This document shows, piece by piece, positions 29,022 to 38,026 of a stretch of DNA of 64,000 nucleotides. The stretch spans positions 1,933-65,932 of the forward strand of contig CAMAQS010000003.1 of the NCBI GenBank assembly GCA_945860565.1, in the 5' to 3' direction. A model generated the notes under the pieces. That model ran no database searches, was not told the origin of the DNA, and saw only the letters and a program-made list of their open reading frames with translations. The stretch is from Chitinophaga pinensis. GTDB taxonomy: Bacteria; Bacteroidota; Bacteroidia; NS11-12g; UBA955. The position numbers and the translations under genes are program-made. Each line of letters begins with the position of its first letter. Within the stretch, counting starts at the first letter, position 1.

Positions 29022-30854
29022 ATGGTAAAACGAAACAGTGCAGAAGAGGATTTGCCAAAATCGAAGATTAACGCTCGGAATCTAAAAAAGACTTTGCGAC
29101 TTTTCCAGTATATGAGTAAAACCAATAAATGGTTATTTCTTCTGGGGACTTTATTTTTAGCAATAACGGCGGGTGCCTCTATTTTATTTCCAAAATTATT
29201 GGGCAACATGATGGACGGTGTTTTTATTTACAAGAAAGGTGATGTTTCTAAAGCTCCAGATGCCAGTAAATTAAAAGAAATCGCAACCTATTTTGTCTAT
29301 TTATTTTTAATTCAAGCAGTTTTTAGCTTTTTGAGAATTGCCATTTATGTTAGGGTAACTGAAAGTATGACGCTTGGACTAAGAAGTGATTTGTTCAAAT
29401 CGGTTATTGGTCAAAGTTTAGACTTTTTTAACAACAATAGAGTTGGAGATATTTTAAGCAGATTTAGTGCCGATATTACTCAAATTCAAGATACTTTTAC
29501 CACCAATATTGCCATGTTTATTAGGCAAATATTAATCATGTTGGGTGGAATAATTCTAATTTTTATGAGTTCTTCTCAATTATCGGTCTATATGATTAGT
29601 ACTATGCCTATTATAATAGTTATTGCACTTTTTTTTGGTCGATTTATTCGGAAAATTTCAAAGGAAGTTCAAAATATTACTGCAGGCAATAACATCATTG
29701 TGGAAGAGTCTATATCAGGAATTGTAAACGTAAAAGCCTATACCAATGAAGCTTTTGAATCAAAAAGATATATTGAAAATGCAAAATTTTTACAAAGAGA
29801 AACGATTAAAAGAGGCTATTTAAGAGGTGCATTTAGCTCATTTATTATTGTTTGTTTGTTTGGTTCTATTGTTTGGTTAATATTCATGGGGTTAAATATG
29901 GTTCAAAGTGGAGAGATGGCGATTGGTGAGTTATTCAACTTTATGTTACTTACTGCGTTTGTTGGAAGTAGTATCGGTGGAATGGCTGAACAATTTGTTC
30001 AAATACAAAAAACGCTGGGTGCAGTTGAGCGTGTTTTTGAAATTATCGATACACCAACAGAATCAAATGTAAAAGGCAATACTCCAGACTTTACAAAGAA
30101 TATTGTTTTTAACTCGATACAATTCAAATATCCATCAAGACCTGAAAATCTTATAATTAAAGATTTAAGTTGTGTATTTGAAGCAGGAAAAACTACTGCA
30201 ATAGTTGGCCCAAGTGGATCCGGTAAAACCACAATATCCGCTTTAATCTATCAATTTTATGAACCCAATCAAGGAGAAATTTTACTAGGAGATCAAAATA
30301 TAAATAAATACAATATTCAAGAGTTTCGAAAACATTTTGCATTGGTACCACAAGATGTCTCATTGTTTGGAGGTACCATTTACGACAATATATTGTACGG
30401 GAATCCAATTGCCTCTAAAGAACAAGTTATTGAAGCTGCTAAAGAAGCATCAGCGTTAAAATTTATTGAGAACTTTCCTGAAGGATTTCAAACTACAGTT
30501 GGTGATAGAGGAATGAAACTATCTGGTGGTCAAAAACAGAGAATTGCCATTGCAAGGGCAATTCTTAGAAATCCAGATGTTCTAATTCTGGATGAAGCAA
30601 CGTCCGCACTGGATTCTGAAAGTGAATATGAGGTACAAATGGCTTTAAACAAACTAATGTTAAACAGGACGTCCATTATTATTGCTCACAGATTAAGTAC
30701 GATTCGAAATGCAAATACCATTTTGGTTATACACAATGGAAGAATTGCTGAGTCAGGAAATCATCAACAACTAATCTCTCAGGATGTTGGGATCTACAAA
30801 AAAATGGTGGAAAGACAACTTGATCCCAGTGAATATTTTAAAGAACTCATTTAA
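29022..30854 (+). CDS. ABC transporter ATP-binding/permease protein (exporter)
   Basis: Six-TM domain, Walker A GPSGSGKTT, signature LSGGQKQR, Walker B VLILDEATSALD. Confidence 0.9.
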   Translation: MVKRNSAEEDLPKSKINARNLKKTLRLFQYMSKTNKWLFLLGTLFLAITAGASILFPKLLGNMMDGVFIYKKGDVSKAPDASKLKEIATYFVYLFLIQAVFSFLRIAIYVRVTESMTLGLRSDLFKSVIGQSLDFFNNNRVGDILSRFSADITQIQDTFTTNIAMFIRQILIMLGGIILIFMSSSQLSVYMISTMPIIIVIALFFGRFIRKISKEVQNITAGNNIIVEESISGIVNVKAYTNEAFESKRYIENAKFLQRETIKRGYLRGAFSSFIIVCLFGSIVWLIFMGLNMVQSGEMAIGELFNFMLLTAFVGSSIGGMAEQFVQIQKTLGAVERVFEIIDTPTESNVKGNTPDFTKNIVFNSIQFKYPSRPENLIIKDLSCVFEAGKTTAIVGPSGSGKTTISALIYQFYEPNQGEILLGDQNINKYNIQEFRKHFALVPQDVSLFGGTIYDNILYGNPIASKEQVIEAAKEASALKFIENFPEGFQTTVGDRGMKLSGGQKQRIAIARAILRNPDVLILDEATSALDSESEYEVQMALNKLMLNRTSIIIAHRLSTIRNANTILVIHNGRIAESGNHQQLISQDVGIYKKMVERQLDPSEYFKELI

Positions 30855-30862
30855 ATAAAAAG

Positions 30863-32665
30863 TTGAAATACATTTTAAAAATATCTCTTTTTCTTAGTTT
30901 TTTTATTGGTAAAACCATTTTTTGCCAATCAAATGAACAACTTGCAAAAAAATTATTTCAAGACAAGGATTATATTAAAGCAGCCATTATTTATGAAGAC
31001 CTTGTTTCTGAATTTTCTGAAAATCCTGAATATTATGAAAACTATCTAACCTGTTTAATCCAAACTCAAAACCAAAATAAAGCAATTTCATTTTTACGGA
31101 AAAAAAGCAAAAAAAATTCTTTTCCATTGCCTTTTATGATTGACGAATGTTGGATTCACGCATCCCATAAAGAAGGACAAAAAGAATTTCAAAAGCTATC
31201 GAGCACTATAATTTCAAAAGTGAAATCAGACTATTTACTAAGTCTTCAAGCTGCCAAATTATTCTCTAAACGAAATTTAAAATCAGAAGCGATTGCAATC
31301 CTACAAAATATTGAAGAGAATTTTGGAGAATCTCAAGAAGTTTCTAACGAAATAGCACTTCTATATATAGAAAACGGCCAACGATTTCAAGCTCTAGAAA
31401 GGTATATAGAAATGATGACGCGTTCAAACATACGCTATGACCAATTAAAACAAATATTTGACACCTATATAACAGATAGTGCTGACATAGTTAACCTTCA
31501 ACAATTATTACTCGTCAAAATTCAACAATATCCACAAGTAACGGCGTTGAGTGAATGGTTAAAATGGACCTTTATTCAAACACAAGATTGGGAAAAAGCC
31601 TTAATTTACAGTAAATCTCTAGATAAAAGACTGAGAGAAAACGGCATTCGAGTTTTTGAACTTGGAAATATTTGCTTTTCAAATAAATCCTATAGCGTTG
31701 CTCTGCGTTGCTTTGAATATTGTTTAAATAAAGGAGAAATATCACATGACTTATCGAGTGTAAAATCTAACTATTTACAAACCGAGTTTGAACTCTTAAA
31801 ACTAAGCTACAAAGATTCTGTGAATTGGCAGAGTTTCAACTATAAACTAATTCAATATATAGCTGAATACGGTATATCTAATAACTCTTTTAAAATTGCT
31901 GAATTAGCGGCATTCAATTATTTGCAAAATCTCAATCGAATAGACAGCGCCATCATATTATTAGAAACATATGTAGAAGCAGATTATTTGAATAAGAGAA
32001 CAATTGCCAACGCGAAAATAGCATTGGCCAATACCCTATTGGTTGGTGGCGATATATGGAAAAGTGAACTATTGTTTGCCCAAGTTGAAAAAGAATTTAA
32101 AGACGATATCTTAGGGCAAAAAGCAAAATTCTCACGGGCTGAAATATCATTTTATAGAGGTAATTATGAGTGGGCAAATATGCAATTGGATGTATTAAAA
32201 GATGCCACCACTCAATTAATTTCGAATGATGCCATGGAGCTCTCTCTTTGTATAACAGACAACCTTGGAATTGATAGTAATTATCTAGCCTTAGACTATT
32301 ATGCAAAATCAACACTATTTCAAAAACAACTATTGTTCGATAGTGCGTCGTTTTACTTAGAAAAATTGGCTACAGAATTCCCCGGACACAGTTTAGGGGA
32401 TGAATTACTATTTTCAAAAGCAAAAATTGCCGAAAAAAAAGGTGATGTTAAAAGAAGCATCGAACTCTATAAAATAATAATAGACGCATATTCCAATGAC
32501 ATATTGGCCGACAATGCCATCTATGAATTGGCCCAAATTTATCAATACAAAGAAAAAAACACTGGTCTCGCCCTTGAGATGTATAAAAAACTCATTGATA
32601 ATCATTCAAATAGCATTTACATTGTAGAAGCCAGAAAAGAATTTCGAAAGCTGCGCGGTTTTTAA
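30863..32665 (+). CDS. tetratricopeptide repeat protein (C-terminus YbgF/CpoB-like)
   Basis: Signal peptide and TPR-like helices throughout. TTG start. Confidence 0.6.
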   Translation: MKYILKISLFLSFFIGKTIFCQSNEQLAKKLFQDKDYIKAAIIYEDLVSEFSENPEYYENYLTCLIQTQNQNKAISFLRKKSKKNSFPLPFMIDECWIHASHKEGQKEFQKLSSTIISKVKSDYLLSLQAAKLFSKRNLKSEAIAILQNIEENFGESQEVSNEIALLYIENGQRFQALERYIEMMTRSNIRYDQLKQIFDTYITDSADIVNLQQLLLVKIQQYPQVTALSEWLKWTFIQTQDWEKALIYSKSLDKRLRENGIRVFELGNICFSNKSYSVALRCFEYCLNKGEISHDLSSVKSNYLQTEFELLKLSYKDSVNWQSFNYKLIQYIAEYGISNNSFKIAELAAFNYLQNLNRIDSAIILLETYVEADYLNKRTIANAKIALANTLLVGGDIWKSELLFAQVEKEFKDDILGQKAKFSRAEISFYRGNYEWANMQLDVLKDATTQLISNDAMELSLCITDNLGIDSNYLALDYYAKSTLFQKQLLFDSASFYLEKLATEFPGHSLGDELLFSKAKIAEKKGDVKRSIELYKIIIDAYSNDILADNAIYELAQIYQYKEKNTGLALEMYKKLIDNHSNSIYIVEARKEFRKLRGF

Positions 32666-32680
32666 TATTAATTTGCACCC

Positions 32681-33805
32681 GTGAAGCGAATCTTTATAGC
32701 ATTTTTAATCATTTTCATAAACCAAGGGTATTGTCAAATCGATAATGGTTTATTTGATGGTGAGAATGATAGAATTGCAAAATTAGACAGCAGCACATCT
32801 AATAATCAAAACTCCGCTTTTGGTTTGGGGGGATTAAATTACTTTAAAAACAACGAATTTCAAGAAAAACATAACCCAGGTGAAACCCTTTTTGGAACTC
32901 TATTGTGGGCCGGATATAATTTAAAATTATCCAAAACTGCTCTAGTTACTATAGGCGCTTTATGCAATATTAAATATGGTAGTTCTGCAATTAGTCAAAT
33001 CCCATTATTCCCAATAATTCAGTTACGGTACAAATTAAAGAATACAGAATTAATTGTGGGTAGTATTCAATCTAATACCAAACACAACTTACAAGAAGCC
33101 CAAATAAATATTGAAAATTCTTTTAATCAACCCCTTGAATATGGACTACAATATCTTTTAAAAAACTCATGGCTCAATTATGACCTTTGGCTCAATTGGA
33201 GACAAATGGCCATTCCTCAAATTGCACAACAAGAAATAATTTCCTTTGGCCAAAGTGCATCTTTGATTTTATATGAAAACAAAATAAAAAATGCAGTACT
33301 CTCAATTCCTATTTCTACCCTAATTTACCATAAAGGTGGTGAATCACTCATAGTTCAAAAACCCATTGTAAATGATTTTAATGGGTCAATAGGAGGAAAG
33401 TTATTCTTAGGTAAAATAGGACTTGAAATTTCGAATATCACATTCTTTTCACACGATTTTTCACCAGTTATGACCCACACATTTAAATCGGGTATTGCCA
33501 ATCAATCGTATTTGAAAATAGCCATCAATAAAAATCAATTTTTATGTGTAATCTATTACTATGCAAAGGAATATTATTCACCATTGGCATCTAATTTATT
33601 TTTGAGCGAAAATAGTAATAACCCTATTTTAACGGACAGAATCCGTAATTTTACAATGATTCGATACCAATATAAAAAAGAACTAATAGCTAAAAAATTG
33701 AGTATAGATTTGAGAGCAGAACCAATTTACCATATGGAGTCCAATAAGTTTGCATTTTCTACAGGATTATACTTTAAATATAATATCGGTTCAGTTATAC
33801 TTTAA
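32681..33805 (+). CDS. hypothetical outer-membrane protein
   Basis: Signal peptide MKRIFIAFLIIFINQGYCQ and beta-strand-rich Y/F/N/G composition. GTG start. Confidence 0.45.
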   Translation: MKRIFIAFLIIFINQGYCQIDNGLFDGENDRIAKLDSSTSNNQNSAFGLGGLNYFKNNEFQEKHNPGETLFGTLLWAGYNLKLSKTALVTIGALCNIKYGSSAISQIPLFPIIQLRYKLKNTELIVGSIQSNTKHNLQEAQINIENSFNQPLEYGLQYLLKNSWLNYDLWLNWRQMAIPQIAQQEIISFGQSASLILYENKIKNAVLSIPISTLIYHKGGESLIVQKPIVNDFNGSIGGKLFLGKIGLEISNITFFSHDFSPVMTHTFKSGIANQSYLKIAINKNQFLCVIYYYAKEYYSPLASNLFLSENSNNPILTDRIRNFTMIRYQYKKELIAKKLSIDLRAEPIYHMESNKFAFSTGLYFKYNIGSVIL

Positions 33806-34872
33806 TAGATACGATAAGTAAAACCAAACTCACTATAATCCGCTGTTGTTTTATTTGCTTTTAACAACAGTTGAAAATCAACTGCTTTGGTCAGATGATA
33901 TGAAATCCCAATTCTTTCGTAATAGGAAGATTTTAGTTTTTTAATTGGTTTGTACGTGTATAATCCGAAATCTAAAATCAAACCAAATCGATTAAAAAAA
34001 GTTTGATAACCTATAGAAATTCCATTTTCAAATACATTTGACAAATTGGGATTTTGTAAACTCACAAATTTCTGATATCTATAAATAGGGTCAAAATTAA
34101 ACGATGTTACAAATCTTAAATGGCTATTCGAATTGTATTTATAGTACAAACTATAATCTATATTGGGAAAAATAAACAATCTATTATCATCTATATTATT
34201 TGTTTTTCCAGCCAATTTTAACGCTATGTGCTGACTCCAATTTCTAGAAGTACCATAATCAATTCTAGGTTGAACCATAGCTTTCTTATATTTTAAAGAT
34301 TTTCCAATTGCCACTTCGAAAAATGGTATGTTAATGCCCAAATTGGGCATTCTAAATGCTGCATTCGAAAAGTGGGCTAACCCTATTTCGAATGAATAAA
34401 AGAAATCTGAACTCAATTGTTTTTGCATTGACACAGATGCCTTCATTGAGCCATTAAATTTAGAACCAATGGCATTATTCTGAGGATTAAGAGTATAGGA
34501 ATATTTATTTGTGAGATAACCCAAGCCCATCGTTAACTTCATTTCTAATCTTGAGTTATTGCTAAATGCATATAACCGATTCTGATAATTTATACCAACA
34601 GATATTCCTTTGCCTAAAATTTCATTATTGATGTCATAAAATGTTGTATTAACACCAATACTCCTTTTAGTTATTTTAGTATTCGAATTATCTACAATGG
34701 GAAGCACACAATCCAAAGAATATAGGTATACATGTGAATACAAATGAGACATATCCGAATGGTGAGGAAGAAGATAAGCCGCGCTGCTGCCTAATTTAAT
34801 GTTAATTGATTGCGCGTAGATAGCAGCTTGAAACAGAAAGAGATTGCCAATGAAAATTACCCAGCGAATCAC
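33802..34872 (-). CDS. acyloxyacyl hydrolase / lipid A deacylase (PagL-like)
   Basis: Signal peptide, beta-barrel-like sequence and the motif GLAHFSNAA, which matches the H-x-S-N catalytic motif of the PagL family. Confidence 0.5.
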   Translation of the reverse strand: MIRWVIFIGNLFLFQAAIYAQSINIKLGSSAAYLLPHHSDMSHLYSHVYLYSLDCVLPIVDNSNTKITKRSIGVNTTFYDINNEILGKGISVGINYQNRLYAFSNNSRLEMKLTMGLGYLTNKYSYTLNPQNNAIGSKFNGSMKASVSMQKQLSSDFFYSFEIGLAHFSNAAFRMPNLGINIPFFEVAIGKSLKYKKAMVQPRIDYGTSRNWSQHIALKLAGKTNNIDDNRLFIFPNIDYSLYYKYNSNSHLRFVTSFNFDPIYRYQKFVSLQNPNLSNVFENGISIGYQTFFNRFGLILDFGLYTYKPIKKLKSSYYERIGISYHLTKAVDFQLLLKANKTTADYSEFGFTYRIY

Positions 34873-34878
34873 ATGATT

Positions 34879-35328
34879 TTATTTTGATTTATCGGTAGCC
34901 AATACCATTCTAATACCTAAGTTGGCCCCTATTTCCATAACATCCACCATTTGTTGTACCGTAAGATTCTTGTCTAATCTTAAAACCACATTTAATCTAT
35001 TCTCAGGGTTTTTTTCATCATAAAACTCATCGTTTCGCTTTTTAAGCAATTCATTCAATTTTGAAATTGAAACTGGCGTTTTGTCATTATCAATAAAATA
35101 TTGAATGGTAGATTTAGTGGCGTCATTTTCATCAAATTTTACAGTTAAAATAAAAGGTTTCGTTTGAATAGCTGAAGTTGTTTTCGCCTTAGGAAGCATT
35201 ATTTTGATGACATTTGGATTTGCAAGCGTGCTAGCAATCAAAAAAAACAACAACAGAAAAAACATGATGTCATTGAGGGATGAAGATTCTACTTCTGCTT
35301 CCTCTCTGGCTTTACGTCTTAATTTCAT
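34879..35328 (-). CDS. exbD: biopolymer transporter ExbD/TolR
   Basis: 149 aa with a single N-terminal TM helix (LNDIMFFLLLFFLIAS) and a periplasmic domain. Confidence 0.8.
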   Translation of the reverse strand: MKLRRKAREEAEVESSSLNDIMFFLLLFFLIASTLANPNVIKIMLPKAKTTSAIQTKPFILTVKFDENDATKSTIQYFIDNDKTPVSISKLNELLKKRNDEFYDEKNPENRLNVVLRLDKNLTVQQMVDVMEIGANLGIRMVLATDKSK

Positions 35329-35332
35329 GTTT

Positions 35333-36031
35333 TTAAATATTAGATTTAACCAAAATTTCCATTAAGTTTAAGGTTTGCTCTTGAAGTCTTTCTGAAAATC
35401 TATCAATTCTGCGTATGTACAATTGATATCCTAAAAAAGCAACAATACCTACCAAAAGTCCCCCAAAACTGGCTACCATTTTAGTATATAAACCACCTGA
35501 AATTGCTCCAATACTTAAATCATTTGTGAGTGAAATAGAGTAAAAAATATTAATAACCCCCCAAATAGTACCAACAAAACCTAACATCGGTGCAATACGG
35601 GCAATTAAACTCAAATAGTTTAGACTGCTTTCCATGGCGCTTAATTCAACACTTGCTTTTGTTTCCATGGCACTTTCAATTTCACGCAAATTGCTTCCCA
35701 AAAATCTTAATCCGGTGGCAATAACCTGAGCTTGAGCAGTTGGTGTTCTCTCACAATATGCCAAAGCCGAATCAGGACGATTCTCTTTTAAATTCTCTTT
35801 TATAACGTTAATTAGATTGGTATCAATTTTGGCTCTATTTTTTAAATAAATTCCACGTTCAACAATAAAATAAATTGCAATCAAAAGAGTAATAGCCAAT
35901 AAAGCCATAACAACACCTCCTTTAACCATAATTTCTAAAATAGGAGCCGAAACATGTTCGGTAGTTGCAGCCTTTGCTGTTGAATCTGCTACAGCTGTTG
36001 ACGCTTGTAACAAAATACTTAAATTAAACAT
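35333..36031 (-). CDS. exbB: MotA/TolQ/ExbB proton channel protein
   Basis: 232 aa with three TM helices. Conserved C-terminal region IAPMLGFVGTIWGVI...ISGGLYTKMVASFGGLLVGI. Confidence 0.85.
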   Translation of the reverse strand: MFNLSILLQASTAVADSTAKAATTEHVSAPILEIMVKGGVVMALLAITLLIAIYFIVERGIYLKNRAKIDTNLINVIKENLKENRPDSALAYCERTPTAQAQVIATGLRFLGSNLREIESAMETKASVELSAMESSLNYLSLIARIAPMLGFVGTIWGVINIFYSISLTNDLSIGAISGGLYTKMVASFGGLLVGIVAFLGYQLYIRRIDRFSERLQEQTLNLMEILVKSNI

Positions 36032-36105
36032 AGTAAATGCGAATTAATGGGTGATTTATTGTAATAACGAATTTTGAGATTAAAAATTATCCCCAATATT
36101 CAATC

Positions 36106-36699
36106 TTATTTGATCTCAGTTACTCCACCGCTCAAAAGAAATTTCATTATTTCGCTAGGATCACCATCAATAATTTCATAATCTTTGGCTTCAACTATTA
36201 CAATTTCACCTGCAATAGAATAACTATTTGGTAAATAAACAGAAGCCAATCCCGGCATTCCAAATTCTGTTAAATCATCTTTAGTTAAAAATCCAATTCG
36301 ATATAAATTATTAACATACTTAACCTTAACAGGTTTATTGAATTTTTTATTCTCACCAACAAACGCTTCAGTCATGTCTTTGGTGGTACCAAAAATCCAA
36401 CTTAAACCTGGTGCTTTTTCAATTATACCTTCTACAAATTCTATGACTTGCTGTGCAACAACTCCTTGGGTAAATTGGCCAATTGAGGTGATTACCAATA
36501 TGCCCAAAATTAAGTACAGAAGAACTAAGCCAAAACTTAAATTATTCAATCCTAGTGCATTTCCTAAAAAACTTAATATTGAAATAAAAATAATGATTGT
36601 TAGGGCAATTGGTAAAACCACTAGTAGACCTCTCAAAAACAAGTTCAAAAAAATCCTAGATTTAGACTTCACCCTAATATTCAATTTATTCATAGTCAT
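36106..36699 (-). CDS. DUF502-like membrane protein
   Basis: 197 aa with two N-terminal TM helices followed by a soluble beta-rich domain (YRIGFLT...VYLPNSYS). Confidence 0.55.
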   Translation of the reverse strand: MTMNKLNIRVKSKSRIFLNLFLRGLLVVLPIALTIIIFISILSFLGNALGLNNLSFGLVLLYLILGILVITSIGQFTQGVVAQQVIEFVEGIIEKAPGLSWIFGTTKDMTEAFVGENKKFNKPVKVKYVNNLYRIGFLTKDDLTEFGMPGLASVYLPNSYSIAGEIVIVEAKDYEIIDGDPSEIMKFLLSGGVTEIK

Positions 36700-38003
36700 T
36701 AGTTATGTGTATATGTCAACAAATCATTTCCAATATCTTTACGAAAGTAAACGCCTTGAAAAGCAATCAAACTTGCCGTTTTCTGAGACTTTTCAATAGC
36801 TTCATTGAGATTATTTGCCAAACATGTTACAGCTAAAACCCTACCACCATTTGTAACAATTTGGTTGTTTTCAATTTGTTTTGTACCTCCATGAAATAGA
36901 AAAATATCATCACCATTAGATTCCGTATTTATGGAAACCGGGATACCTTTAGGATATTCGCCAGGATATCCTTCAGAAACAAGATAAACGGTGGCCGCAA
37001 CCCTTTGATCATAAAACAACTCAACGTGATCAATTTTCTTTTCAGGAATTGCTTGAAGCAAATTCAATAAATCTACTTTTAATCTTGGGAAAATCGCTTC
37101 TGTTTCTGGGTCACCCATTCTAACATTATATTCAATAACATAAGGTTCATTGTTGCAATTCATTAATCCTAAAAAAAGAAAACCTTGGAAAGGATTATTC
37201 TCATTCTCAAGGCCCAATAATGTAGGTTTTAGAATTCTATCTTCCACTTTTTGAATAAAGTCACTATCAGCAAAAGGCACAGGACTAATTGCACCCATAC
37301 CACCGGTATTTGGACCTTTATCACCCTCAAAAATTTGTTTATAATCTTTGGCTGAACCTAAAATTTTATAATTTACACCATCAGTAATTGCAAAAACTGA
37401 AATTTCAATTCCTTGTAAGAAATTTTCAATAACAACTTTTTTTGAAGCTTCTCCAAACATTTTATTCAATATCATTTCATTGACTAATTGAAGGGCCTCC
37501 TGTTTGTCTGATGTAATTACTACCCCTTTTCCAGCAGCCAATCCATCCGCCTTTAAAACATAAGGAGGTGTTATTTCATCTAGATAAGATTCAACGGAAT
37601 GAACATTATTTTCATCAAATGTCTTGTACTTGGCAGTTGGGATATTATTCCTATCCATGAAGTTCTTGGCGAAATCTTTACTGCCTTCTAGTTGCGAAGC
37701 ATAAGCATTTGGGCCAATGGCTCTGATATCAATTCCTGTGGTCATATTTTTATGCTGAATAAAGTCTACAATTCCATTAACCAACGGATCTTCGTTGCAA
37801 GGTAATATAGTAGAAACATCATTGGCAATACAGAAATTCCAAACTGATTCAAAATCAAGGGGATTGATATTTACATTTACTGCACAACTAGAAGTACCTC
37901 CATTTCCCGGGGCAACATAAATTTGACCCACTGATGGATTTTTTGCAATAAAATAACAAAAGGCATGTTCTCGGGCTCCTGAGCCTAAAATTAGTAAATT
38001 CAC
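36699..38003 (-). CDS. purD: phosphoribosylamine--glycine ligase
   Basis: MNLLILGSGAREHAF N-terminus, ATP-grasp fold, GDKGPNTGGMGA motif. Confidence 0.95.
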   Translation of the reverse strand: MNLLILGSGAREHAFCYFIAKNPSVGQIYVAPGNGGTSSCAVNVNINPLDFESVWNFCIANDVSTILPCNEDPLVNGIVDFIQHKNMTTGIDIRAIGPNAYASQLEGSKDFAKNFMDRNNIPTAKYKTFDENNVHSVESYLDEITPPYVLKADGLAAGKGVVITSDKQEALQLVNEMILNKMFGEASKKVVIENFLQGIEISVFAITDGVNYKILGSAKDYKQIFEGDKGPNTGGMGAISPVPFADSDFIQKVEDRILKPTLLGLENENNPFQGFLFLGLMNCNNEPYVIEYNVRMGDPETEAIFPRLKVDLLNLLQAIPEKKIDHVELFYDQRVAATVYLVSEGYPGEYPKGIPVSINTESNGDDIFLFHGGTKQIENNQIVTNGGRVLAVTCLANNLNEAIEKSQKTASLIAFQGVYFRKDIGNDLLTYTHN

Positions 38004-38026
38004 AAAGCAAATTTACTCCAAAGAAT

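Noticed and set aside
28904-29209. A 101-aa minus-strand ORF spanning the comF start and the ABC transporter start.
   Set aside because: It overlaps two well-supported genes and their shared intergenic region, and it has no motifs.
36338-36799. A 153-aa plus-strand ORF.
   Set aside because: It is antisense to the DUF502 gene and the purD 3' end, with no independent support.
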